In this document: positions 14,040-27,329 of the stretch, piece after piece
Layout: every line of letters begins with the position of its first letter
Numbering within the stretch: position 1 is the stretch's first letter
Assembly (NCBI GenBank): GCA_951406725.2
Contig: OX597818.1
Coordinates: 67,704,001-67,768,000 of the forward strand
Direction of reading: 5' to 3'
DNA from: Octopus vulgaris
Taxonomy: Eukaryota
Length of the DNA stretch: 64,000 nucleotides
Position numbers and translations under genes: made by a program
Notes under the pieces: generated by a model
The model's input: only the letters and a program-made list of their open reading frames with translations
Databases searched by the model: none
Told to the model about the DNA's origin: nothing

Positions 14040-14349
14040 CTGTATTCTATCTGTCTCTTTTGCCGAAACACTAAGTTACGGGAACGTAGGCTCACCAGCA
14101 TCGATTGTAAAGTGATGTTGGGGGACATCACAGACACACACACATACACACACACAAACACACGCACATATATGTATACATATATACGACAGGCTTCTTT
14201 CAGTTTCCGTCTACCAAATCCACTCACAAGGCTTTGGTCGGCCCGAGGCTATAGTAGACGACATTTGCCCAAGCTGCCACGCAGCGTGATTGAACCCGGA
14301 ACCATGTGGCTGGTAAACAAGCTACTTACCACACAGCCACTCCTACGCC
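14040..14349 (-). mobile_element. SINE family B, inverted relative to its neighbour
   Basis: Reverse complement of 13619-13920. Confidence 0.9.
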
Positions 14350-14419
14350 TACAACTATTTATAAGGATTAATTTCCTTAATTAAGACGATGAAATTATAT
14401 TGATTTCCTTCGTCGAATC

Positions 14420-15400
14420 TAGAATCAGTTTACCCGGCGTGTGTACTTGTAAGAGGTTGCGGTTTATTTGAGGGAGGTTCTTCTATATGGAGACGCCTAT
14501 ATGGTGGGGACACTTGTGTTTATTCATTTGTCTAACATTTCGCCCAGTCTAAATAGAAGAGATCTGTAGTCAATGATATTCCATTTATAACCTACAAGTC
14601 TTTTATTCAGGCCTAGTTTTTCTAGGATTACATAATTTAATGCACCATCATTTTCAAGGCATTATTTTATTAATTTTAGTTGTTCTAGCTATTATTTCTA
14701 GTCGAGCGATTTTTCTAGAAGCTTTCTCGTTGGTTTCACATGTATTAGTCAATGTTTGTGACAGACAGGAAACACTTACTTTCGTTATTATAATGACTAC
14801 TGATCCACGCATATTGCGCTCTCCCTCCTCCCCTGCCTCCTCCTTCCCATTACACAAAGCACTATCATAAACTCTTAGATCTTATCAATTTCTTTTATAT
14901 TCATTGTGAGATTTTTCAGTAATGACAATATCAATTGTACAGCCTTTATCATCTGTTGCTTTAGTAACACTAGCAATATCGCATCTTATATTCAAGAACC
15001 AGTCTGTTTAGATATTAATGTCTCATAAACAATTTTCCAATTACATCTTGCATCTTTGATACCATTTATTGGTACCGATTTAAAGATCACGTGATGATTT
15101 TGCACTCGGCGTATTCCGGTTACAACTCTTGAGCACCCTCACCTTCTCAGTCCCATACCACCTCCTCCTATGCATATTGTTCCCACAAAAACTTCATCTA
15201 CCTACACGGCCATCAATAAGTCTTTCGACAAGTCCTTTCCTTCTCCAGGATTTTTTCACATTTTGTTTTGGGGATGAGGTAGTTGCAGGCATTATAAGGC
15301 AACAGTTTAGGAAAACGCATATCACACATATTACACTCATCCCGGGGCCTGCGAAGGCTGGTGGTGGAGGGTCAGCGTGTTTTTGTAGATCAAATTCTGT
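14420..15400 (-). pseudogene. Possible decayed L1/Tx1-like LINE (endonuclease region)
   Basis: Weak minus-strand resemblance to AP-endonuclease motifs; heavily degraded. Confidence 0.25.
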
Positions 15401-15454
15401 TCACCCAAATTCTAAAACGAAAGCGGTAAACTTACAACTTTAATTGGTTTAAAA

Positions 15455-15865
15455 GTTTGGCCAGCAACTTCAAAGTGGTTGGGTACGTCGATTACATTGA
15501 CCCCAGTACCTAACTGGTACTTCTTTTATCGACCCCGAAATGATAAAGGGAAAGTAAATCGCAGCAAAATTTGAACACTGAACATAAAGACGAATTAAAT
15601 GTCGTTAATCGTTATCACTGGTGATCTAACGTTTTTGCCTGCTCACCATCTTACTTCAAACAATTAAAGATTTCGGTACAAGGCATGCCATTTCGGTGGA
15701 GGAGTTAAGCCAATTACATCGACCCCGGTACTCAACTGGTTCTTATATTATTGCTCGGAAATTATAAAAGGTAAAGTCAACTTCGGCGGAAATTAGAACT
15801 CATACCGTAAAGACGTACGATAAACATTTTGTCAGGTTTGCCAATGATTCGGTCATTTCGCCACA
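15455..15865 (-). mobile_element. Two tandem degenerate SINE family A copies
   Basis: GACCCCAGTAC..AACTGGTACTT..TATCGACCCCGAAA and GACCCCGGTACTCAACTGG..AAAGTCAACTTCGGCGG. Confidence 0.7.
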
Positions 15866-16179
15866 TTTAAACTTATAACCGACTCACAAATAGAGAAAGT
15901 ATGGTGGGTCGGTAGAATAGCAGTACTTCTTCCGGCTCGTATTCTGTGTTCAAATTATTCTTAGGTTAACAATGTCTTTCGTCCTTGCGGGGTTGATAGC
16001 ACAGAGTACTTATAGCGTATTGGACACGATATAATTGACGAATCTTCAGCCCTGAAAACTGTTGCCTTTCTCTTTAAATTAGTAACAGTTATTGAAGTAG
16101 AGAATTAAAAGAAATAAAATTAAAGAAAAGAATCTGACGATGATTTGGGTTCGGGCGTGAACTGCTCATATTATGATAT

Positions 16180-16385
16180 GAGGAATCGTAAGCAGGCCGA
16201 ACGTAATGTTTAGCAGTATTTTGTCTAACACTACGTTCAGAGTTCAATTTCTGCCGAGGTCGATTTTGCCTTCCATCCTTTCGGGGTTGGTAAATTACGT
16301 AGCAGTTAAACACTGGGGTCGATGTAATCGACTAGTCCCCTGTCCCCAAATTTCAGGCATTGTGACTTTAGTAGAAAAAATTATA
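16180..16385 (+). mobile_element. SINE family A
   Basis: GAGTTCAATTTCTGCCGAGGTCGATTTTGCCTTCCATCCTTTCGGGG..CCCCAAATTTCAGGC. Confidence 0.85.
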
Positions 16386-17096
16386 ATATGAGGACTTATT
16401 CGAACAACTAACCTGCTATTGTCTGCAAGTCCATTCAGTTGACGACATCTCGTGCATAAAATTGAATTAAGGTTGAACTAAAGTTAAAACTGAATATCGA
16501 ATGACAAATATCCCCGAAAAAAATACAATTGAAAATCACCAGATTGAATTTCTTTCAAAACATTGTTTCATATATCTATATTGTAAATCACATATATCTT
16601 GCTTTTCATTTCTGACAAATAATCCTGGCCATACGTATTATATGCTATCACGCCCACACACATGTATCCTCGTTTAAATTCTCCTCCTCGTCATTTTTCT
16701 TATATTTCTTTACTTTGTACGCCAAGATAATTCATCCCACCTTAGCTGCAATAAACACCATATCGTTCCTTTTGTTTCGTTCGTACGAGCAAGCGAAACA
16801 ATCCATTGCCAACGATTTAACGGCATAAAACGAGCAAGCAATATAGAGCTAAACAAATACAGGACAACAAACTCAACAAACAAGAGGTGAAATAAAATGA
16901 AAGCAAATGAATAAAAAACAATGTAACAAAAATAGAAGCAGACAGAAATAAAATAGCAATAATAAATGGTTACCATGACGACTATATCGGAATATCCATT
17001 AAAATGTGACAATGATCCATCGTAAATAAATATGTACACTAAATCTAATCAAAAGATCTATTCTTCTCCCGCAGCCCTCTGACTCCCACCAAGCCG

Positions 17097-17100
17097 ATAC

Positions 17101-17186
<86 letters not shown>

Positions 17187-17208
17187 ATATATATATATAC
17201 ATATATCC

Positions 17209-17283
<75 letters not shown>

Positions 17284-17312
17284 TATATATGTAAATATAT
17301 ATATACATATAT

Positions 17313-17371
<59 letters not shown>

Positions 17372-17435
17372 TATCATACAGAACACATATATATATATTT
17401 ATATATATCAATTTATGTGCGTATGTGTTCATATA

Positions 17436-17467
<32 letters not shown>

Positions 17468-17897
17468 AGTAACCATGCATATATATACGTAGAGATAGAT
17501 AAATAGAAGAGCAATATATGGGTATATATTCAAATATCCGTTTCTCTAAGATGAAGTATATGCAACAATCTCATTTTACATACATGAGCATAGATGAAAC
17601 GTAAATATATCGTATACACGTATTTGAGTGTATGCGTGTGTGAGTGTGTGTGTGAGTGCATTGGCGTGTGTACATATATACATATATATATATATATATA
17701 AATACACACACACACACATAAACATATATACACATGCTTATATTATAGACGCACATATACATGCACACACATGCACATATATATATATGTATATATCCAT
17801 ATCTATATATATATACATATATATACATACATACATATATATATATATGTATATATATATATATTTATTTATATTTATTTATATCAAAACACACACA

Positions 17898-17951
<54 letters not shown>

Positions 17952-17960
17952 ATATGTATG
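17097..17960. repeat. (TA)n/(CA)n low-complexity block
   Basis: Visible; source of the YIYI ORFs. Confidence 0.95.
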
Positions 17961-18351
17961 TATATCAGAGGGTGTATATATGCATATAGATGCATGCAGT
18001 AATGAAAGTGTTGGCCCATTAGCATTAATCAATTAACTGACCTATGTAGCATGTAAGCATTGTCTTGACCGGTCAATTTATCTCCTCCAATCCACGCATC
18101 TCTCACATTCAGGATGATTTTTATAGTTTCAATCTCTCAGGTATTTCTATTGAATAACAAAGCAAGAACAGGAAGATGGGAAGAAAGAGTAATTGCCAAG
18201 TGGATTTTAAGGAGCCAAGTATTACGTATACAATAATACACATATGTGCGGACTCGACGGAGAATCTGTTTGTTTCTCCATCAACGTGTATGTCCGTCTG
18301 CATGATGTTTCAGACAAAAAAATATACGCATATGATAACGTGCTTTCATTC

Positions 18352-18790
<439 letters not shown>

Positions 18791-19404
18791 TCATTCTGTC
18801 TGTCTTTCGGTCTGTCTGTCATTCTGCCTATCTCTCCACCGTCATGGTCCGTGCTTGAATGGAACAAAACGCTACAAGCTATGCGTAGTCGAAAGCATAG
18901 AAATCCTGAAAAACTCGCACTTATCAGGGACCATACAGAATTCCAGAACGGAGGATTTCGGGCCGTGCTTGCATTTCAGGAGATTCCTGTTGGCGTCATG
19001 GGAACCGGATAATAGCGATAGTGGCGGTATTAGCGACAATTACACCACAGCCGGAAACTGATTGCTGATGAGAGTGGAAGACAATCCGCTATCGTTTGCC
19101 CTGATAGCCGACAATGGCGTTGCTGCGGGGAGACAACAGAGCCGGAAGTCAATGGCAAGCAGCTAAGGGGAATAATCTCTATTGTTTATATCTTTATCGT
19201 TTCCCCCTCAATATTTTCTTTAAAGAGTGTCCGAAGTTACGCCATAAAAGTACACTTTACATGTGTAAACTACTTGAAATATAAGGTATTGTTAAGTTAT
19301 AATTAATTCATTTGCATAAAATGGAAGTTAATTTCCGTAGATATATTTTAGATATAATTCATGCACGCGCGCGAACACACACACACAAACATGCGCACAT
19401 AGGT

Positions 19405-19682
19405 TCACGCGTGGCTATGTAGTAAGTAGCTTCCTGTCCAGCCATCACCGTTGTTCCGGGTTCATCCCACTGCACGGCAACTTGGGCGAGTCTCTCCTGC
19501 TATGGCCCCGGATCAATCAATGTGTTGTGGTTGGATTTTGTAGATGAAAACTGAAAATAGTATTTTATATATGTAAATACATAAATACATGTGTGTATGT
19601 TTGTGTGAGTGTATGTGCGTGTATGCATGTGTGTTTTTCTGTCTGTGTTTTACCCCTCTACCGCTTGACTACGAGTGTTGAT
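19405..19682 (+). mobile_element. Degenerate SINE family B
   Basis: GTGGCTATGTAGTAAGTAGCTT..CCGGGTTCATCCCACTGCACGGCAACTTGGGCGAG. Confidence 0.75.
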
Positions 19683-20074
19683 GTTGTTAACGAATCAAAA
19701 TCAGATCTGACCAATAACTGTATCCTGTAAGGAAACCAACCAAGCAGAACGACAAGCTTGATGACGAAAGAAAAACGTCATCAATTTTTTAACGAATCAA
19801 AATCAGATCTGCTCACAGAAAAATTTTTTTATAAATTCATCTTTCCCTAAAACATATCACTGCAAGCGGGAGTGACTGTTTAAAGATCTGAGAAATTGTA
19901 ATTCCCCCACCTCCACCCGTTTTTTACTATTTTAATTCTCACACAGTGTGAGAATTAAAACACAAGGTAACAAAAAAGCGGTTCCTTTTGATACCAGTGA
20001 GAAACAATAATGGACTTCTTCACTACACTCAACAGTAATATAGCGATTGTACCAACTACCGACACAATAACACC

Positions 20075-20260
20075 ACATGGATTCTATTGAGAACAGTAAG
20101 AAACGATTATGAACTTTTCTATTGCACTTTTTATAATACATTTGATAAGGTTCGTTTTTTCAAGAACATGGATTCTATTGAGACCATAAGAAACGATTAT
20201 GAACTTTTCAATTTTCACTTTTTCATAATATTTTTGATAAGGTTCGTTTTTTCAAGAACC
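20075..20260 (+). repeat. Tandem duplication of about 90 bp
   Basis: ACATGGATTCTATTGAGA..AAGAAACGATTATGAACTTTT..GATAAGGTTCGTTTTTTCAAGAAC occurs twice. Confidence 0.85.
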
Positions 20261-20388
20261 GAAACATGTAAAATTCATAAGAAAATTAAAATTTATCTAA
20301 CATAGTGGCGTTTTCAAATTTCTTTTTTACAAATATATATCCACTCGTATACGATCTACTCTTATTATATATATATATATATATATAT

Positions 20389-20520
20389 CCGATTGGCTTC
20401 TTCCAGTTTCCGTCTACTACATCTACTCACAAGCTTTTGATCGACCCGAGGCTAGTAGTAGAAGACACTTGCCCAAGATTACTTGCAGTGGGATTGAACC
20501 TGGAATCATGTGGTCGGCAA
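20389..20520 (-). mobile_element. SINE family B, partial
   Basis: CAGTTTCCGTCTAC..GAAGACACTTGCCCAAG. Confidence 0.8.
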
Positions 20521-20728
20521 GAACTAGAACCATTTCCTGTTAGGCATTAGAACAAATTGTTCAGCGACATTTTGACTGCCATTACGTTTTGTGCTCAAAA
20601 TTACTCCGAAGTTAATTTGTGGCTTTTATCCTATCACGATTGATTAGACAGGTATCGGTTGAGTACTGGGGTTAATAGAAACATTTTACCCATTCCATCG
20701 AAAACTGCTGGACCTTTGAAACTTCTGT

Positions 20729-21775
20729 TATATAAAATCCGTTCTGTCTTTCTGTCTGTGTGTCTTCTAGGATCACAGGCATCCTCCATCCGATTGCGTT
20801 CAAATTTTATATGTAGATACAGACGGTATCAGAACGTGTATAAGTCTTGAAAAAATTACAAAAATTGATTCCAGGTGAGAATGCGATCGATAAAGCCGTG
20901 GGAACGTGCATTTGTACGCGCAAGTACATCAGCTGTTGCGATCGATACTACATGTACGCGAGAAAAATGCACGTGCAGTTTGCGCAAAAAAAATCATCAT
21001 GCTTTTCCATCTAGATTTACCTCCAGTTAAACCATTTGCATGCATCGTTTTTGTTCTGCTATTCTTCCGTCAACCTGTACATAACCGCACCTTTCATTTT
21101 TTTTTGTTTTTGTACTGCTTAAAAGCACGTTTCTTTCATGCCAAACTTACTGTTTAAACCATGTTTGTGTTCTCACAGTCAACAGCCTTATCATTACTGG
21201 GACTTTAATCTCTTCAGTTGCATATTTGTGTGAATAAAATCGTTTTCTTTGGAATAGAAAAAAAGTCTCTCTTTATTTCTTCTTTTGCTGGCGTCTCAAA
21301 TTTAGGTTAAATTTAGGTTAAATCAGAGTTTCTCAAATGGGTGGACAAGTTGTTTTGAGAAAATCTGGTTCAAATGTTTGACAACTCAGCACCGTCCATT
21401 GGAGTGGGGAGTTTTGCTCGTATGTATTATTAAATGAATTCAATTTATTTTTTAATGTTTCTCTCGTTTGTGATGATATTTAACTCAAAGTATTGTTTTC
21501 GTAATTTTTGCGACGTATTTATTTATATTATTACAATGGTATTCACCTAGTTTTAAATAAGTTAATGTAGGTTATTCCATTTTTTTTTTGTGGGGCAGGG
21601 TTGAGACATTGCAGGCGATATATGAGAAACAGATATCTCAGCATTTTCGATTCTTTCCGTTCCTTCCCACACACATCATTCGTTTTGATTCTCCCTAGTT
21701 TGAGCATGAATAATAATTTCCGTTATAATTTTCACTAAGGGCAGCATCATGGCACAGTTAGGTTGTCAATGCTAG
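20729..21775 (+). mobile_element. Possible degenerate non-autonomous Helitron-like element
   Basis: 5' TATATAAAA..TCTGTCTGTG..CATCCGATT..AAATTT resembles the start of the 49368 element; possible CTAG end at 21772-21775. Confidence 0.3.
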
Positions 21776-22149
21776 GAGCATTAACATGTGTCAGCAACAG
21801 ATATAGACATATATACAGATAGATAAATACATATGTGTGTGCATGTGGGTGTGCGTTTGCATGTGGTTAATATATAGATAGGAAGCTAGATAAAAAATAT
21901 ATATATGCATTTGTATGTGTGTGTGGAGAGAGAGAAAGAGAGAGAGAATGAGGGGGGAATATGATACACAGAGATATAAATAGATAAATAGAGCCGGAAT
22001 GTATAATTTTATAATTACATCAAATATGTTGCACATATCAATGTTAAATTTTTCATGGAAAACATTAGTGGCTTGTTGTTAGTGTAGCAGATTTTGTTGT
22101 ATTTTGATACAATTTTCCTGGATCCATCTCAATTTAAAGTCAGTATACT

Positions 22150-22950
22150 TTTCTTGCAATCAAAAAACGTGGGAATGGAATTATGTTAGCCTCTATTTCT
22201 TCATTGATATTGTATAGTTTTGCTAACATTTAAGAACAACTTGTCTGTCATCATTAGTAAACATTAGGCAGTCATAACCAGTTAAAGCAACGAGAAAACC
22301 AGAACACGTTATGTGACGTTTTGCATCATAGATTGGAAACAGATTGGACCCAATGATTCAACAAAATTCTTCTTACGGTTTGTATATCTCTCGAACTTGT
22401 TCCTACTCTGCAGCATCTTACCCAAGTGTCTTTCAGCGTGACGACGCTTCGAAGCTAAGCATTGCAAGTAGAAATGAATACATTGACGCTGTATCGCATC
22501 TGAAGAATAACTTTACAGAATATTATATGTTGTATTGCGCTCATTCTCCTCCAGGATTACGTTAATTGCCCGCATGCTCTTAGGACACTTAACCATTTAA
22601 ACACTTAACAAATGAGCAGAGGATTCAGGTGATGAGAGGGTGAATATATTTAGCAACGAAACAGTCGAAAACCGTGTTGCCTTTTACCTCCATTATGTCG
22701 GAGAAAGGTCTGTCATCTCAAAGGTTGTTCTGGTATTCATTAAGGAGTTTGTTCTAATATTGTACTCTTTCGTATCATAAAATGGGTTTCTTGGTTATAT
22801 TAGAAATATGACCATACGTAAACAACTGTAGAATTTAGTTTTCTCATTAATATGTAAAAAAGCAGTTATATATATATGCATGAAAATAACAAATCTTACT
22901 TCTATTTACATGGAGAAATACGCCAAATGTTCCATAATATACATTGCAGA
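22150..22950 (-). pseudogene. Possible decayed hAT transposase fragment
   Basis: Minus-strand AIQRQCIHFYLQCLASK resembles the hAT C-x-x-H..LA-K motif, followed by a WFSR-like motif; weak. Confidence 0.3.
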
Positions 22951-23060
22951 ATTTATGCAACTACATGTGGTAAAACAAATAAACGATCGTATTCAAAATT
23001 TAATTCACCGTTATTCTCCATTCACGAACACAGAATGAGCCACACACTATGTATGTGTGA

Positions 23061-23109
<49 letters not shown>

Positions 23110-23325
23110 CGTAATTAAATCTCAGAATGAGATTGAAACAGTAATCGCTGGATAATGTAAAGTATAGAAGCCATCTTATCATGGCTAACCACATTGGGGA
23201 GGGGGTGTTACTGTAGCTTTATAGCCCCAAGAGATCTTCGTCTCTAGCTGGCTTTAGACACAATATCAGTGTCCTTGGAGTATTTGCAAAGGGAGGTCAT
23301 CCTTCCTCGCAAGCCTGAGTGATAT

Positions 23326-23366
23326 GCTCGAACTAGTTTCGGGATTGTTGTCCCTCGTCAACGGGC
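23326..23366 (-). ncRNA. Minimal type I hammerhead-like motif (C3U core variant)
   Basis: GCCCG-TTGACGA-GGGA(CAACAA)TCCC-GAAA-CTAG-TT-CGAGC; palindromic stem III AACTAGTT. Confidence 0.65.
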
Positions 23367-23487
23367 GGTAACGACCAGGTCGCGATGAAAGTGAAGGCCT
23401 CCTTGCAAACATATATAACACGCCATTAGAAAAACTTATATATGTTTGCAAAGAGGCCTTCACTTTCATCGCGACCTCGTGGTTACC

Positions 23488-23527
23488 GCCCGTTGACGAG
23501 GACAACAATCCCGAAACTAGTTCGAGC
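23488..23527 (+). ncRNA. Minimal type I hammerhead-like motif (C3U core variant, stem II one G short)
   Basis: GCCCG-TTGACGA-GGA(CAACAA)TCCC-GAAA-CTAG-TT-CGAGC. Confidence 0.6.
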
Positions 23528-23697
23528 GTATCACTCAGGCTTGCGACGAAGGGATGGCCTCCCTTTGCAAATACCCCAAGGACACTGATATTGTGTCTAA
23601 AGCCAGCTAGAGACGAAGATCTCTTGGGGCTATAAAGCTACAGTAACACCCCCTCCCCAATGTGGTTAGCCATGATAAGATGGCTTCAATACTTTAC

Positions 23698-23731
<34 letters not shown>

Positions 23732-23769
23732 TACATATATACATATATAAGTATGTATGTGTGTGTATG

Positions 23770-23819
<50 letters not shown>

Positions 23820-23893
23820 CATACATACATACACACACATACATACTTATATATGTATATATGTATGCATATATATATATATACATATACATA

Positions 23894-23948
<55 letters not shown>

Positions 23949-23950
23949 AC

Positions 23951-23981
<31 letters not shown>

Positions 23982-24391
23982 CATATTTATATATATATAT
24001 ACATATATATTTGATTAATGAGAGAGACCAAAGACGGAAGATACGAGAAAGTTTATTCATCAATACAATTGTTACGAACCAACTAGCAACAATCCAACAG
24101 GGGAAGATTGGTGAACAACTCGTTCGGAATATCCATCGGTGTAGATATGTCACCTCGGGTACTTACAAATGGTGTCTCCTTAAAATAACGTCTGTTCCAG
24201 ATGATTTCCTTCGGTAAGTGTATACAAAGGCAGCAGATGAAAGGATACAGCTTCATCATTACAGAACATCAATAATAAATATCAGATAACAGAAGGAAAC
24301 AAGTACACAGTAGAGCGAAAAAGTATTACATATAACCGTTAGTATATATATGTGTGTGTGTATGTGTATATATATTTATACACACACACAC

Positions 24392-24444
<53 letters not shown>

Positions 24445-24631
24445 AATGAAAAGAAAAGACACAAATTTTTTAACACATCTTTAATTATAAACTACAGATG
24501 TTTCCGTATCATCTCCATTTGTGCAGCTTATGTGAAATTTATAAATGAATAATTACGTAACATTCTCGGTTTTAGGCATTGGAGAGGCACCTCCTCACAT
24601 TTGCATCAAAGCCACGCTCTTGCATTGTGCG

Positions 24632-24663
<32 letters not shown>

Positions 24664-24723
24664 CAGGCGCCGTAAGTGTTCATCGTATACGTATAAGTAT
24701 AAATATATATATATACGTATATG

Positions 24724-24829
<106 letters not shown>

Positions 24830-25550
24830 TATGTAAGTGTGTATGAGTAGGTATATATGTGTGTGCGTGTTTGTGTCTATACTTGTCCCCTTACACCGCT
24901 TGACGGTCGGTGTTGATGCGTTCATGTACCAGTAGTGAAGTTGTTCGACCGAAGGAACCGACAGTATAAGTACCAGGTTTTAAAAAATTAAATAAATAGC
25001 ATAGCGTTTCGACGAAAATCTGCTGCCTAATAATTGAAACAAGCAAATGATTAACGATGTATATGATTTTAGAGAGCATTCGATCTCAATATTGTTTCGA
25101 AATGTTCGTTGGCGTTCATACTGCTATTTCATTTAAGCAACAGTATATTGCTGTTTAACACCACATTATAGAATTGGGCTCTTGACTTCTGCAGATATAT
25201 CAGACATAGTTTAGAAGTGCATAAGCACTTATTCAATAAATCAAATTCTGTACATATATGTAGGTAGATGTATTTGAGGTTGTGTGAATAGGTAGCAGCA
25301 TAACAATGGGTGGTTCTTGAGATATTCCATTATATTTGACCAGAGGCAAACAGAAGCGAAAGCTTCTCAGAAATACTAAATCATACGTGACAGTGTATTA
25401 CTCATTTCAGTGACAAACACATTTGTCAAATATACAGTGAAAGGATATTAGTGTTATAACTCAAAAACAGTGATGCACGCACAGACCTATACCTCCACAC
25501 TTATACACATAGTGTAGAAATAATATGCACTATTCTGAAATATGTGTGTG

Positions 25551-25597
<47 letters not shown>

Positions 25598-25956
25598 TTA
25601 TTTATTTATTTATATATATATTTATATATATTTAATTTTTATATGTATATATATATATTTATATACATACAGACAGACAAATCTGTAAAACTTTCCAGAA
25701 ATTTATCGCTTACATATCTATGATCATGTCTAGATATGCAATTATATATATGACAATACGTACATAATGCAAAACATACAAGCCTGAACATTTCCATGCA
25801 TACACCCATACATACAAACAAAAATTTCTTGTTGTTGATGTCGAAATTTCAATGAAGGAGCCTTCGATGTAGGTTAGAAACTGGCTCTTTCTCTATTGGC
25901 ATGAAAGCTTGAAATAAAACTGAACAATCACTCACGCACACACACGCACATACGCA

Positions 25957-26040
<84 letters not shown>

Positions 26041-26146
26041 TTCAAATTTATGGAAAAACAAAGACAAAAACTGGTCAAGGTTGAACAAGCAAGAGTATCA
26101 CATTCTATAAGTATTATGGTATTTCTTATACATCACTATATATATG

Positions 26147-26229
<83 letters not shown>

Positions 26230-26796
26230 CTCACGTACACACACAAGCATGCATGCGTTTTACAGGTGTATATACATACATGTGTGTGCATATATAACAC
26301 CTTTAGACGTTATATATAACACCCAACTTAGACGTCTTTTGCCATCCATATATGTATTATATTCGATTTTTGTCTTCTATTGTTTTGCATTCATGTTTGA
26401 ACATTCTTTCTGCTTCATCTTTCACTCCTCTTACGGCATATATATATTCATTTTCATATTTCATATTGTTAACGTATCGATCTCTCTAAACTTCATATCT
26501 CTTTCTTTCTCCCGCCCATTATTTTCTTCAGCCTTCGTTAATTTGTCCATCTTTTTTTATTTCGTGTTTTTTTTTTTGTCAGTCATTCATATTTCTAGGA
26601 TTTAAAAAATAGACAAAAAAAAAACCTGATCTCTAACACCAGGGTAATGACCACCTTAGCAGAAGCGGAAGACAGTTATTATTTATTCAAAATATTGATT
26701 CAAAACATGTTCGAGTAATAAAGACGTGAGCTGATGTAATGCAACGGTTTTATAACAGGAAACTATTAGCAACCACAATAAACGATCTATTATTTC

Positions 26797-26865
<69 letters not shown>

Positions 26866-26897
26866 TTTATTTTAAGCAGCAGAAAATTCAACAAAAT

Positions 26898-26935
26898 CTG
26901 TTACTCTGAGTTTCTCGTTGCCGTTCATCAGACAG
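26898..26935 (-). ncRNA. Minimal type I hammerhead motif
   Basis: Minus strand CTGT-CTGATGA-ACG(GCAA)CGA-GAAA-CTC(A)GAG-TA-ACAG; stem I CTGT/ACAG, GUA site; partial copy at 55219-55255. Confidence 0.7.
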
Positions 26936-27329
26936 TTTTTGCTAGAATATATATATATGTATATATGTAATGTACCTCTGTGTGTGTATGTATCTATGTA
27001 TGTATATAGGCATGAACGTATATATCAACACATCTGTTATCTTCTACTTGTAAAAGTCATTGAACTACGCTCATGCTTAGGCACCAGTCTGGTGAATTTG
27101 GCCGATTTAATCGATTCCTGGACGTAATTTTTAAACCTAGCATGTATTTCATCGATCTCTTTCGCTGAATCACTATGTAGACATGAACGTAGGAACTGTG
27201 TTTGTCAGGTGGTGAAACAAGCACAAATAGAAAAGATATAAGCACATACTCCTGCATATACAAACACCCACACACACATACAGAAAGATAGATATATGTC
27301 CATATACACAAACACATATATCAATATTT

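Larger units (their letters stand above)
23152..23702. mobile_element. Fold-back palindrome (arms of about 267 bp, 17-nt loop) with a hammerhead motif in each arm; probable Penelope-derived inverted pLTR pair
   Basis: 23152-23418 is the reverse complement of 23436-23702 with about 10 differences counted by eye. Confidence 0.9.

Noticed and set aside
19759-19790. Rho-independent terminator
   Set aside because: Hairpin plus T run is present, but the context is eukaryotic with no upstream bacterial-type gene
20075-20260. CRISPR-like repeat
   Set aside because: Only two contiguous units, no spacers, eukaryotic context, no cas genes
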